Notes: generated by a model not told the origin, from the sequence alone. Counted from the stretch's first letter, positions 39,533-49,035 are shown. The stretch: 64,000 nt of DNA from Longimicrobiales bacterium (GCA_041690395.1 JAWLHJ010000004.1:561365-625364), one strand, 5' to 3'. Program-made: numbers and translations.

Positions 39533-39575
39533 AATAAGAAAACGCGACGGGTAGAGGCGGCTCCACCCGTCGCGT
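39533..39575 (-). terminator. Intrinsic terminator at the left end of the glycan island, abutting the relA start
   Basis: Minus strand acgcgacgggtggag-ccgc-ctctacccgtcgcgt-tttcttatt. Confidence 0.75.
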
Positions 39576-39604
39576 AGTACCACGGAAACCTAAAGAGGTG
39601 CGGC

Positions 39605-40573
39605 CTACGCTTGAGTCTCCACCTGTTGGCGGATCCAAGCGTAGGTCTTCGCGATGCCTTCCCGCAACGGCATCGACGGAGCCCACCCCAGACGTTCTTC
39701 GATGAGGCGGTTGTCGGAGTTGCGTCCACGCACACCCTGAGGACCGTCAATATGGCGAAGGCTCAGCTTCTTGTCGGAGATATCCATGATCATCTGAGCC
39801 AGGCCGTTGATCGTGACCATCTCTTCGGACCCAATATTGACCGGGCCCGTGAAGTCCGATCGAGTCAGCCGGATCGTGCCCTCGACGCACTCATCTACAT
39901 AAAGAAAGGATCGGGTCTGCTTGCCGTCCCCCCAGATCTCGATCTCTCCGTCGTCGTCAGCCTCGGCAACCTTCCGGCAGAGTGCCGCAGGGGCTTTCTC
40001 TCTCCCCCCCGTCCAGGTCCCCTCGGGGCCGAAGATGTTGTGATACCGAGCGACCCGGGTCTCCATCCCATAGTTGCGGCCAAACGCCAGGTAGAGCCGC
40101 TCCGAGAAGAGCTTCTCCCAACCATACTCGCTGTCCGGGTTGGCAGGGTACGCGGAGTCTTCCGAACAATTGGGGTTGTCCGGGTCGAGCTGATTGTGCT
40201 CCGGATACATGCATGCCGAAGATGAGTAGAATATCCGCTTCACGTTCCGACGGTGACATGCCTCGAGCATGTTGAGGTTGATGAGCGCCGAATTGTGCAT
40301 GATATCGGCGTCATTCTCACCGGTGAAGATGAAGCCGGCCCCACCCATATCAGCGGCCAACTGGTACACTTCGTCGAAGCGGCGGTCCACGGCAGTCCGG
40401 CACACGGACGGATCCCGGAGATCTCCGACGATGAAGTCGTCCGCTGGAGTCTCGGAAAACTCAGGGTACTTGAGATCGACACCCCGGACCCAGTTGCCGT
40501 CCTCCTTGAGACGCTTCACGAGATGGGATCCGATGAACCCGCCGGCCCCGCAAACGAGGATGGTCTTCGACAT
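39605..40573 (-). CDS. GDP-mannose 3,5-epimerase-like NAD-dependent epimerase
   Basis: GAGGFIG, LAADMGGAGFI, SSACMYPE, YGWEKL, GGREKAPAA, GVRGRNSDN. Confidence 0.88.
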   Translation of the reverse strand: MSKTILVCGAGGFIGSHLVKRLKEDGNWVRGVDLKYPEFSETPADDFIVGDLRDPSVCRTAVDRRFDEVYQLAADMGGAGFIFTGENDADIMHNSALINLNMLEACHRRNVKRIFYSSSACMYPEHNQLDPDNPNCSEDSAYPANPDSEYGWEKLFSERLYLAFGRNYGMETRVARYHNIFGPEGTWTGGREKAPAALCRKVAEADDDGEIEIWGDGKQTRSFLYVDECVEGTIRLTRSDFTGPVNIGSEEMVTINGLAQMIMDISDKKLSLRHIDGPQGVRGRNSDNRLIEERLGWAPSMPLREGIAKTYAWIRQQVETQA

Positions 40574-40646
40574 GAAAATATTCGGTTGGTAGTGGCGTTG
40601 GGATGGAAGTTGAGAACCTCGCAAGATCTCAGGGTGCAGACAACGC

Positions 40647-41447
40647 CTAGCCGTCGTCAGAGAATGTCTTCAATCCGGTCAACTGGAGCGTGATCAGGAA
40701 CAGGAACTTGGGAACGATCTCGAAGTACCGCCGCCAAAGGCGACGAGGTTCCTGCATGAGGCGGTAGAACCACTCCAACGCGACACGCTTCATCCACGCT
40801 GGTGCCGGCCTGATCGAACCCGTGTGGTAGTCGAACGCGGCTCCCACACTGCAGATGAGCTTGACGTCCAGCCGGTCACGCATACTGGCGATCCAGCGCT
40901 CCTGCTTGGGAGTGGATAGTCCGACCCACACGACGTCAGCCCCGCTGGAGTTGATCTCATCGGCGATGACGTCCTCCTCTTGCGGGGTCAATGGTCGAAA
41001 GGGGGGGCAGTATGTCCCGACAATCGTTGCTGCCGGCATGGCGACAAGAAAAGCCTCCGCTAGCCGGTCCGCCACACCCTCCCGACCGCCATAGAAGTAA
41101 TGACTGACCCCAAGCGGTACTGACCGCTCAATTACATCCCACATGACATCCGGACCGAACGCGCGCTCGCTTCGCCCGCGGCCGAGCACCCGGCTCGCCG
41201 CGACGATCGGCATTCCATCAGGCACGTTAAAGGTGGCCGCATTGAGGATACGTCGGTAGGACTTGTCTTTCTGCGCCTCGATTACGCCGTGTACGCCGGT
41301 CGGACACAGATACCCCGCGCGACGGGCCGGATTCTTCAAGAGTGCCTCGACGGCCCCAAGCACGGTTGGGTAGGGCGATGCGACAAACCGCACTCCAAGG
41401 ACGTTCGAAAAGTCCAGACCCGTTTGATACTGCTCCATCGCAGTCAA
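40647..41447 (-). CDS. WecB/TagA/CpsF (GT26) glycosyltransferase
   Basis: PDGMPIV, GPD, PPFRPL, VWVGLSTPKQE, VGAAFD, LEWFYRLMQEPRRLWRRY; start TTG 41447 or ATG 41438. Confidence 0.92.
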   Translation of the reverse strand: MTAMEQYQTGLDFSNVLGVRFVASPYPTVLGAVEALLKNPARRAGYLCPTGVHGVIEAQKDKSYRRILNAATFNVPDGMPIVAASRVLGRGRSERAFGPDVMWDVIERSVPLGVSHYFYGGREGVADRLAEAFLVAMPAATIVGTYCPPFRPLTPQEEDVIADEINSSGADVVWVGLSTPKQERWIASMRDRLDVKLICSVGAAFDYHTGSIRPAPAWMKRVALEWFYRLMQEPRRLWRRYFEIVPKFLFLITLQLTGLKTFSDDG

Positions 41448-42670
41448 GCCTCCCCTCCCCGAGCACCACCGTGCCCGCGCAGATGCCCCCCCCCCCCATG
41501 CTCGGACTCCGCTCTGGCCTCCCCGTATATACTCATCATACGGGCGTAATTCCCGTCGGCGGAGTAGGTCGCAACGAAGGTAGCCCTTGCGCCCTTCCGA
41601 AGTCGAAGCAGCCCGGCGGGCTTCTTCATCATCAAAGCGCTACAAGTCGTAGCCAACGCCGCAGAATCTCCGGCCGGGAACAGTACACCATTCACGTCCG
41701 GCTCCACCATTTCTCTCATCCCGCCCCTATCGGACGCAACGACAGGGGTTCCACGCGCGAACGCCTCGATAATCGTCCGCGGCATGCCCTCATAACATTC
41801 GGAGGGCACAACTAAAAAGGCCGCCTGTCCCATAATGTCCACAACCGAACGAAGGGTCATCTGCCCAAGCCATTCGACGGAGCCAGCGTTAGACCTCGCC
41901 GCGCTCTGAACCAACGGGCGAAGCGGGCCGTCCCCCACGATCCTTAGAGGCATAGGATCGTCCATCCGGCTCCAGGCCTCGAGGAGCACTGGCAACCCCT
42001 TCTCCGCGCTCAGTCGTCCGACGTAGAGCGCGAATCCCCCGGCCCCGTCACCCGTACCCGGGTCGAACTCGAGAAAATTCGGCTTGACTGAGACCTTCCC
42101 GGTAGGCAACCCTCCGTTGACCATCAGGTCCTTCGCGAACGGCGTTAGGGCGATAAATCGGTGGACCGCCTTCTCCCAGGTCCCTGCTACTCGATGTGCC
42201 GTCAGCATCAAAGCGGTAGCCGCACTCGCGGCGCGCGAGCCCCGGTAGCACCCATGCACCACACCCGGCAATGGAGTCCGCCCGAGGCAGTCCTCGCACG
42301 GCGCTCCGTTACGAAAAAGCAGGCCGTTCACACACACAAGTCGGTAGTTATGTAGCGTCTTCACGACACCGGCGCCTGCAGATCGAGCTGCCCAGTAAGC
42401 GCTCGGTGAGATCAACGGGAACGTGTTGTGAAAATGCACAACCTCGGCTCCTTCTGCTCGCACGAGATCGCGGATCTCCCGAAAGGTCCTGTGATTCCAT
42501 AGCATGCTCCGCAGCAGCGCGCTCGAACCAGTCCCAGCCAGTTCAGTATTGCCCCGGGTGTAGGTGAGGACTTCGTGTCCCTTCGAGCGGAGAAGGTCAG
42601 CCTCAGAATGAAACACCTGGTCCTCACCGCCCGGCTCCCGGTAGTAGTTATGCACTAGAAGGACTTTCAC
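41444..42670 (-). CDS. GT4 glycosyltransferase
   Basis: HNYYREPGGED, HNTFPLISPS, YVGRLSAEKG, PSECYEGMPRTIIEAFARGTPVV. Confidence 0.92.
   Translation of the reverse strand: MKVLLVHNYYREPGGEDQVFHSEADLLRSKGHEVLTYTRGNTELAGTGSSALLRSMLWNHRTFREIRDLVRAEGAEVVHFHNTFPLISPSAYWAARSAGAGVVKTLHNYRLVCVNGLLFRNGAPCEDCLGRTPLPGVVHGCYRGSRAASAATALMLTAHRVAGTWEKAVHRFIALTPFAKDLMVNGGLPTGKVSVKPNFLEFDPGTGDGAGGFALYVGRLSAEKGLPVLLEAWSRMDDPMPLRIVGDGPLRPLVQSAARSNAGSVEWLGQMTLRSVVDIMGQAAFLVVPSECYEGMPRTIIEAFARGTPVVASDRGGMREMVEPDVNGVLFPAGDSAALATTCSALMMKKPAGLLRLRKGARATFVATYSADGNYARMMSIYGEARAESEHGGGGHLRGHGGARGGEA
41486..41497 (-). repeat. G12 homopolymer (C12 on +) in the GT4 3' end
   Basis: agatg-C12-atg on the + strand; the longest homopolymer I noticed in the window. 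Confidence 0.95.
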
Positions 42671-42745
42671 GAGCGGACACGCACTGGAAGAGGGGACGGG
42701 TGTAGCAAGAAGGGGCGAGCCCAGGCACGGCTCGAGGCCGCTGCA

Positions 42746-43441
42746 CTACTCAAGGTGCTCCCGGATTGCGAACCACGACTTCGTCATCCCGAGAACATGC
42801 TCGCCCAGGATACGGGCGTCCGGGAAGAGATGTGCCATCTCACGTCGGGTCAGGAGCCTAATCTGCTCCACATCGGCCCGAGCCAGTATTGGATCCCTCT
42901 GCTTTTCGATCCACCCGAGCGAGGACCGTCTATGGAGCCAGGTCCGGACTGAGAGCGGGAGAAAGGGCCAGAAAGGTACATGGAAGTGCGCTTCCAGCGG
43001 AAAATACCGATTGGGAGTCTGAACGAAGTACGCGTTGGACACGCGAGCGACCTCCCGCGCCATCGAGATCTGGTCAAACAGTGTCCCCACGTGCTCGATG
43101 ACCGAATTGGAGAAACAGACGTGGAAGGTCCTGTCAGGAAAGGTCGAGAGGTCTCGGGCATCCCCAGCAACCGACGTGGCATTGGGTATGTCGGCCGTCT
43201 CCACGTGGGCGAGATTCAGAAGCGTCAACTCAATCTTCCGCAACCTCTCAGCGCCCACGCCCTCCCAGAATCCGACAGTCCCTCCAACGTCCAACACCCT
43301 CACAGGCGACGGGAATCGACTCACAAGATCCATCAACAACTCGACCCTCCGTCCTCTCAATCTTGAGGCCCATGAGTGCGGGTCGGTGTTATCAGCCTGT
43401 CGGAAAATCATGCGAGGGCTTCTCGGTAGTTGGTCTGGCAC
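42746..43441 (-). CDS. Class I SAM-dependent methyltransferase
   Basis: VLDVGGT, GDARDL, FSNSVIEHVG, VQTPNRYFPLEAH; start may be ATG 43411. Confidence 0.85.
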   Translation of the reverse strand: MPDQLPRSPRMIFRQADNTDPHSWASRLRGRRVELLMDLVSRFPSPVRVLDVGGTVGFWEGVGAERLRKIELTLLNLAHVETADIPNATSVAGDARDLSTFPDRTFHVCFSNSVIEHVGTLFDQISMAREVARVSNAYFVQTPNRYFPLEAHFHVPFWPFLPLSVRTWLHRRSSLGWIEKQRDPILARADVEQIRLLTRREMAHLFPDARILGEHVLGMTKSWFAIREHLE

Positions 43442-43447
43442 GCCCGA

Positions 43448-44824
43448 TCATTCACACACCGTTCGGGGCTCAGTCGCTTGCACTTCCAGTAAGTATCTCA
43501 GGCGCGCAGCGGCGAAGATATAAAGTAAAACAGGAAGCGTGAGCGCTTGCACGAACTCAAGGTAGTTTTCGATCGTACAGCACAGAACGAGAAAGACCAA
43601 GAAAGCTACCTGAAACTGGGCTAAGCCCCTCACCTCTCGTACCGGGTGACGAAAGTGACGTCGGGCTCGCACGATCTCGATCACTGTCCAAACAATGGCG
43701 CTAAACAGCACGACGAAGCCGAACTCGACCACTACCGTCAAGATGGAGAAGTACGGCTGCGCAATGGCGCTCCCTTCCCCCACACGTTGATGCAGGTCCA
43801 GAAGGGGCTCCATGACGAGTGCGAAATAGGTGGATTGCCCGCTCATGAAGTCGGGAAGGGAGACACCAAGGTACTGGCCAGACGCGAACAAAGCGGCCCT
43901 GCTCGAAAACTGTCCCAGTCCCGTGCCAAGCAACTGTACTTTCCAGTCTTGGACCAGCTCGAAGGCCTGCAAGACCACTGCCGCTTTCGGGAACTCCTGC
44001 AGGAGGAGGCGATCCGCCCATGCCAGCGCTAGTTGGGGCGTCGCCGGGAAGAGATAGAGCACCATCGCTGAAAAGACTACGACACCGGCGACCGCCTTGG
44101 GTAGAGCCTTGATCGACCGAGCCGAACCGTAGACGATAAGCAGGGTCACGATAAAGAACAGCGTTTGGTGACCCGACTGGGCCGCCGCGACCGCTATGAA
44201 ACCTGAGGTGATTGCGACCTTTACCAGTAGGTTTCGCCAATAGGCTAGTAGAAAGAGATTGACGGCGAAGATGTTGAACGTGAACATCACCTGCGAAATG
44301 GTGATCCGCCCTAGGAAATCGAACATTCCATAGGTACCAGCGAGAGCATCCCAGTTGGAGGTCTGAGTAGACTGAAACGCCACGACCCCCGCCTGTAGGA
44401 GGCAGAACTTTGCTAGGATCCGGACGACTCTGCGCACCTCTCGATCGGAGATGGCAAACGCATCTCCCCGGTGCGCCAATAGCGCGATGATAGGGAGCCA
44501 CATGACGAGGGCAAAAGCGACCCCCGGCATGCTATTGCTCAAGCCCCTGATGGCGTTCATCAAGAGAGACGTTGCAGTCAATCCAGCGAGGCCGGCGACA
44601 AGGCAGAACGCGCGAGTCGTCGAGACCACAGGGGTACCGATGAATCCCCAGCCTAGGAGCGCGAGAGGAGACACATAGTACGCGAAGTTGCTCGGGAATG
44701 CAGTCGTGAAGAGTACGACCAGAAGCAGGGGCGAGACCCGAGCACCTTGTACGCTCGAGTCATCCGAATCGGCTACGACACTGCTGGTTGGAGTGCGTGC
44801 GACGTTCCCGGTCATCGGACGCAT
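43448..44824 (-). CDS. Polytopic membrane protein, candidate Wzy polymerase
   Basis: About 10-11 hydrophobic segments; large late periplasmic loop with LLGTGLGQF; sits in a cluster with a flippase. Confidence 0.6.
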   Translation of the reverse strand: MRPMTGNVARTPTSSVVADSDDSSVQGARVSPLLLVVLFTTAFPSNFAYYVSPLALLGWGFIGTPVVSTTRAFCLVAGLAGLTATSLLMNAIRGLSNSMPGVAFALVMWLPIIALLAHRGDAFAISDREVRRVVRILAKFCLLQAGVVAFQSTQTSNWDALAGTYGMFDFLGRITISQVMFTFNIFAVNLFLLAYWRNLLVKVAITSGFIAVAAAQSGHQTLFFIVTLLIVYGSARSIKALPKAVAGVVVFSAMVLYLFPATPQLALAWADRLLLQEFPKAAVVLQAFELVQDWKVQLLGTGLGQFSSRAALFASGQYLGVSLPDFMSGQSTYFALVMEPLLDLHQRVGEGSAIAQPYFSILTVVVEFGFVVLFSAIVWTVIEIVRARRHFRHPVREVRGLAQFQVAFLVFLVLCCTIENYLEFVQALTLPVLLYIFAAARLRYLLEVQATEPRTVCE

Positions 44825-44943
44825 GTGTCGCTCCCCCGCCTTGCGCCACTAGCTTGCCGCCGCTGTCGAGCGCACCCGATTCCCATCAGATCTTTGAGGT
44901 GTCCCCGCGGACAACACTCCCCGCCTATTGATAGGAAGCAAAC

Positions 44944-46164
44944 ATGGGCATAGCCCCCTGGGCAGAGAGGAATCATGCAGGCAGGTCCGTGCGTCTCCTA
45001 GGCGTCACCGCTGTGACCGCCTCACTCCTGGCGTGCGGTGGAGGGATTCTCACACCCAACGCGAGTGGGCCCACGGAAATCCACCTCCTCTGTCCATCGT
45101 TAGGCTCAGTCGCCGTCTCACCATCGGCGCTCTGGTTGAATACCGAGTCGCAGGAGAGTGAAACGATCCGAGTGCACGTCACTCGTTCTATTGGAGCGCC
45201 CGAGTGCAGACACACGGTACAGGGCTTTGGCGAGCCGGGACAACCGTGGCTACAGGCGTCAAGGTGGGAGTCTGACAGCGTCTTGGTGTTGGATGTCAGA
45301 GGCGCGCCAAGATTCAGATATGTGGAGGTCGCGGTGATCGTCAACCGGAGGCTCGCGGGTACCACGGCCGTTTTGGGCACTCCTCTCAGAACCATGGGCG
45401 TTGGCATCGCACATCGCGGGGGAGGGGGGTTGTTCCCCGAGAACACGTTGGTAGCACTGGAAGCGGCAGGGGCGGCCGGAGTCTTCGGAAGCGAAGTCGA
45501 TATCCGTCTGACACGTGATCTGGTGCCGGTTCTGATGCATGACGAGACGGTGGACCGCACGACGAATGGAACGGGCGCAGTCGAAGGTATGACGTCGGCT
45601 GAGATCAGTAAACTTGACGCGGGATATCGGCATGCGGAGAAGTTTCGAGGCCAACCCGTCCCGACTCTGGAGGAAGCCCTCGTGGCGACGAGTGGCACCG
45701 GCCTACGCTTGTATCTCGACGTCAAAGGCCAGACACTGGTAACGCGTCCGGAATACGCGACGATCATAGCCGCGGCGGTCAAGTCCGCCGATGCGGAAGA
45801 CCGCGTGACGATCCTGGCGGAGCCATGGCTCCGGGAGGAATTCCAAGCTGCGGTACGGGCGTCCTCTACCCGGATCCGTGTTGGAATAAGGGTCACCGCG
45901 CCGCGCCCGCAGCATCAAGACTACATGTTGCGGCGCCAGCCAGCCGCCATTCTCTTTTCCCCGATCGACTCCGTCCTCACACAGATCGGCCAAACCATCG
46001 TTAGGACGCTCCACGTACCGGATAGCGAGTTGATCGCAACAACCACCAACGACCTGGGCCTCGCACAGTTCATGGTAGACGGGGGTCTCGTGACCCACTT
46101 TCTTACGGACCTTCCCCCTGAAATCTTTCGCTATCTCGCCGACATGGAGGACGGACGAAGCTAA
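44944..46164 (+). CDS. Glycerophosphodiester phosphodiesterase-family lipoprotein
   Basis: Lipobox SLLA-C; IAHRG..PENTL, EVDIRLTRD.VPVLMHDETVDRTTNG, VPTLEE. Confidence 0.85.
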   Translation: MGIAPWAERNHAGRSVRLLGVTAVTASLLACGGGILTPNASGPTEIHLLCPSLGSVAVSPSALWLNTESQESETIRVHVTRSIGAPECRHTVQGFGEPGQPWLQASRWESDSVLVLDVRGAPRFRYVEVAVIVNRRLAGTTAVLGTPLRTMGVGIAHRGGGGLFPENTLVALEAAGAAGVFGSEVDIRLTRDLVPVLMHDETVDRTTNGTGAVEGMTSAEISKLDAGYRHAEKFRGQPVPTLEEALVATSGTGLRLYLDVKGQTLVTRPEYATIIAAAVKSADAEDRVTILAEPWLREEFQAAVRASSTRIRVGIRVTAPRPQHQDYMLRRQPAAILFSPIDSVLTQIGQTIVRTLHVPDSELIATTTNDLGLAQFMVDGGLVTHFLTDLPPEIFRYLADMEDGRS

Positions 46165-46168
46165 CCGA

Positions 46169-46900
46169 TCAGGGTCCCGAGGAAGCTAACCGACGGAAGT
46201 ATCGGGACAGTCGTGCGGCAGCGGCGATCACAAGAAGGCCTGAGTACAAAGAGTATCCCGCCGCGAACAATGACCTCGTCGGCAAGAGGAGTGTGAGCAT
46301 CACGAAGACACCCCAATCCAGCGGCCAGAACAGTATTCGACCGACGTACGTCGGTCGTGCGAAATCGCCGGACGCCTGCCGCATCTTGACGAACAGCGTC
46401 CCCCCGAAGAACAAGCTGTTTTGGGCCGCGCACAACAGCACACCGGAGATGAAAGCGAGCTCGGGGACAGCACCGGCGAGTCCCGGTGACGTGAACGCGA
46501 CCACATAGACGAATGCGCCATTCAACAAGACGATCTTGATTGAGTCAAATGTGTGGTCGAGCCACTCCCCAGCCGGGCCGGCAGTACCGGCCACCCGAGC
46601 CACCGGTCCATCGGCCGAGTCGAGGACATACGCGATGGCTAGGAGCAGATAAGCAGGGATAGCACGCACATATTCGGACGGACCCGTACTCGCGGCAAGA
46701 ACCACACCGATGACCGTGACGATCATCGAGAGGACACTGAGGGTGTTTGCGCTGACCGAGAGCCGCAAGGCCAACGCAGCCGCAACCCGACCCAGCGGTC
46801 GATTGACGTACTCGGTGTAGGGGTAAGCACCCTGCGCCTTCTTACCTCGGCCGAGCAACCCATAGGCCTCTCCGAACCTGAGAGGGCGTTTGGCCTGCAC
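46169..46900 (-). CDS. CDP-alcohol phosphotransferase
   Basis: LDSADGPVARVAGTAGPAGEWLDHTFD matches DG..AR......G...D...D. Confidence 0.9.
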   Translation of the reverse strand: MQAKRPLRFGEAYGLLGRGKKAQGAYPYTEYVNRPLGRVAAALALRLSVSANTLSVLSMIVTVIGVVLAASTGPSEYVRAIPAYLLLAIAYVLDSADGPVARVAGTAGPAGEWLDHTFDSIKIVLLNGAFVYVVAFTSPGLAGAVPELAFISGVLLCAAQNSLFFGGTLFVKMRQASGDFARPTYVGRILFWPLDWGVFVMLTLLLPTRSLFAAGYSLYSGLLVIAAAARLSRYFRRLASSGP

Positions 46901-47352
46901 TACTCGACCCTATCGGCCGGCGCGATCTTCAAGGCAAGCAGGAGTTCAGATCGCACGTCCTCGACGGGGTGGCCCCTTGTCACATCAGGGGGAGTGGGCC
47001 ACTCAATATCGCTCCATTCCACCCCCAGGAACGTTCTCGATTCAGCATAGCGCGGAATCACATGGAAGTGCAGCTGATGATCCACCATCATCAGAGCCAG
47101 GTAGTTCAGTTTGTCCGGAGCGAACGCAGCTTCTAGGTGCTCCTCAAGCAGATTACAGGCCGAGGCGAAATCAGCCCCTTCCTCGGCGCGGAGACCACCG
47201 AGGGTACCACAAGGCCGCCTGAGCGAGAGGACAAGACTGCCGAGTGTGGGTTGAACCGGACGGAGGCTGCAGATCCAGTATGCAGTCTTGAACACTTCAA
47301 GTTCGGATAGTTGAAACTTCTCTGCAAAGGCGTCGAAGTCTGACTTGCTCAT
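46900..47352 (-). CDS. HIT family nucleotide hydrolase
   Basis: RPVQPTLGS, NYLALMMVDHQLHFHVIPRY. Confidence 0.8.
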   Translation of the reverse strand: MSKSDFDAFAEKFQLSELEVFKTAYWICSLRPVQPTLGSLVLSLRRPCGTLGGLRAEEGADFASACNLLEEHLEAAFAPDKLNYLALMMVDHQLHFHVIPRYAESRTFLGVEWSDIEWPTPPDVTRGHPVEDVRSELLLALKIAPADRVE

Positions 47353-47774
47353 GACCCAGGCACCCCAGCGAGCCGAGCTCGCAGCAAGGTAGACGACTGC
47401 TGTCGCGTGTAAGGAAGAAACACACAGCGGACGCCAACCGCCTCTAGCTGTTCCTTCCAGCGATCGTATTTCTCCGCCCCATACCAGTCGTCACCCACGA
47501 CCCAGACGTCGAACTTCATACGCTCCCATGCTTCGAACTTGTCTCTGTCGTGCTGAGGGACGCACGCGTCCACGTATCGAATGGCACGGACGATTTCCAC
47601 GCGCTCCGAGTAGGGGACGACCAGGCTCCCGGGCTTGTAGTTTTCGACCATCTCGTCAGTACTGATGCCAACCACCAGACGATCACCGAAGCTCCGGGCG
47701 GCGCGAAGTAGGTTCAGGTGTCCTACGTGAAAAAGATCGAAGACGCCGCACGTATAGACGACCGTGCTAGACAT
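47349..47774 (-). CDS. Cytidylyltransferase, TagD (glycerol-3-phosphate)-like
   Basis: YTCGVFDLFHVGH, VGISTDE, ER.EIV.AIRYVD, VGDDW, LPYT...SST; ATG at 47774. Confidence 0.88.
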   Translation of the reverse strand: MSSTVVYTCGVFDLFHVGHLNLLRAARSFGDRLVVGISTDEMVENYKPGSLVVPYSERVEIVRAIRYVDACVPQHDRDKFEAWERMKFDVWVVGDDWYGAEKYDRWKEQLEAVGVRCVFLPYTRQQSSTLLRARLAGVPGS

Positions 47775-49035
47775 GCCGAGGCTCCTGAGTTGATGGGACA
47801 TACTGTGTGCGGAGGACTTCCGTGGCACAACGCCATGTGAATACTGACACAGCACAGTAGGATACCACCATCCCCCCGAGGGCCCCTACCGTCCCGAATA
47901 GCATAACAGCCGGAATGCCCACGATGGGAAGGCCAAGTGTCCCCAATGCATTCGCCCGGAAGACGCCGCGAATGTGGTCATTGGCCTTCAGCCAAGCCGC
48001 CAGAACCGCCACAACCGTGGCCGGAACAGGGATGATCGCGATGAATAGCAGCAGCGAGGGCTCCATGCCGTATCTTGCCGCATATACTAACGACATCAAG
48101 AGTTCACCGAACAAGCCCAGGGCCACAGCGTAGGTCATGGCGCCTACGACTGACAACACCACGATGCCGCGCAGACGACTCTTTCCGGCCCTGCGGTCAC
48201 GAACGAATTGCGGCAGCAGAACGGTCGAAAGTGCTATGATGCCCTGCAGGTAAGGGACTAGGAGGTTCATGGCGGCCCTTAATGTTGCGACTCCTTGAAG
48301 CCCGGCCCAGGGAACGAGCAGCAGATAGTACACGTCTCGCCGAAGCCAACCAAGAAGGAGAGTCCCGGACGCCCAGCCCCCATACCTCATATGACGAGAC
48401 CGGTACTCGGAATCCATCTTCTCGCCATCCGATCCGGATGGTGATCGCCTTCGTACCGTGGGGGCAAGGAGGACCGCGCACACGCCACTACATGCAGCCA
48501 GCGCAAGCATAGCCGAAGTCGGACTCAAGCGGCCCGCATGATTGAGGAAAAGGGCACTGGCTCCCAGCAGTGAGAGGTATAGCAGCCCGTTCCACGCCGC
48601 CAAGTGCACGATATCAAGAACATAGCAGGCCTTCCGGACCAGCCACAGAAACAGGATCGACGGCGTTGCCAGGCCCATGCTCAACACCAAAGGAGCAGCA
48701 GGCGCACCCGCCATACCCAACGGCACCACAGTCACTATGACCACACTGACAAAGATCGCCGCTACCCTTCGGTGATCCCGCCGTAAGCTGTCTAGGTAGC
48801 TTGAGAACCGGTCACGATAATCACCCGCTCCGAAGACTAGCATGGGCTCGATCACAATCGCGGTATAGAACGTGGCCAAGAAGAGAAACGCCGTGTAGGC
48901 TACGGTGAACCTCCCGTACTCGACCGGAACGAGCCACCGGGCTAGGAGGATGTTCAACCCGAAGTTCGAGACCGAGAACAGCCCTTGGTCAGCGAGCGCC
49001 CAGGTTCCCCGGGACAGGGTCCGCCCCAGAGTCAC
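47767..49035 (-). CDS. Wzx-type polysaccharide flippase
   Basis: WALADQGLFSVSNF..LARWL...EYG.F; about 12 TM segments; probable GTG start at 49035. Confidence 0.8.
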   Translation of the reverse strand: MTLGRTLSRGTWALADQGLFSVSNFGLNILLARWLVPVEYGRFTVAYTAFLFLATFYTAIVIEPMLVFGAGDYRDRFSSYLDSLRRDHRRVAAIFVSVVIVTVVPLGMAGAPAAPLVLSMGLATPSILFLWLVRKACYVLDIVHLAAWNGLLYLSLLGASALFLNHAGRLSPTSAMLALAACSGVCAVLLAPTVRRRSPSGSDGEKMDSEYRSRHMRYGGWASGTLLLGWLRRDVYYLLLVPWAGLQGVATLRAAMNLLVPYLQGIIALSTVLLPQFVRDRRAGKSRLRGIVVLSVVGAMTYAVALGLFGELLMSLVYAARYGMEPSLLLFIAIIPVPATVVAVLAAWLKANDHIRGVFRANALGTLGLPIVGIPAVMLFGTVGALGGMVVSYCAVSVFTWRCATEVLRTQYVPSTQEPRHV

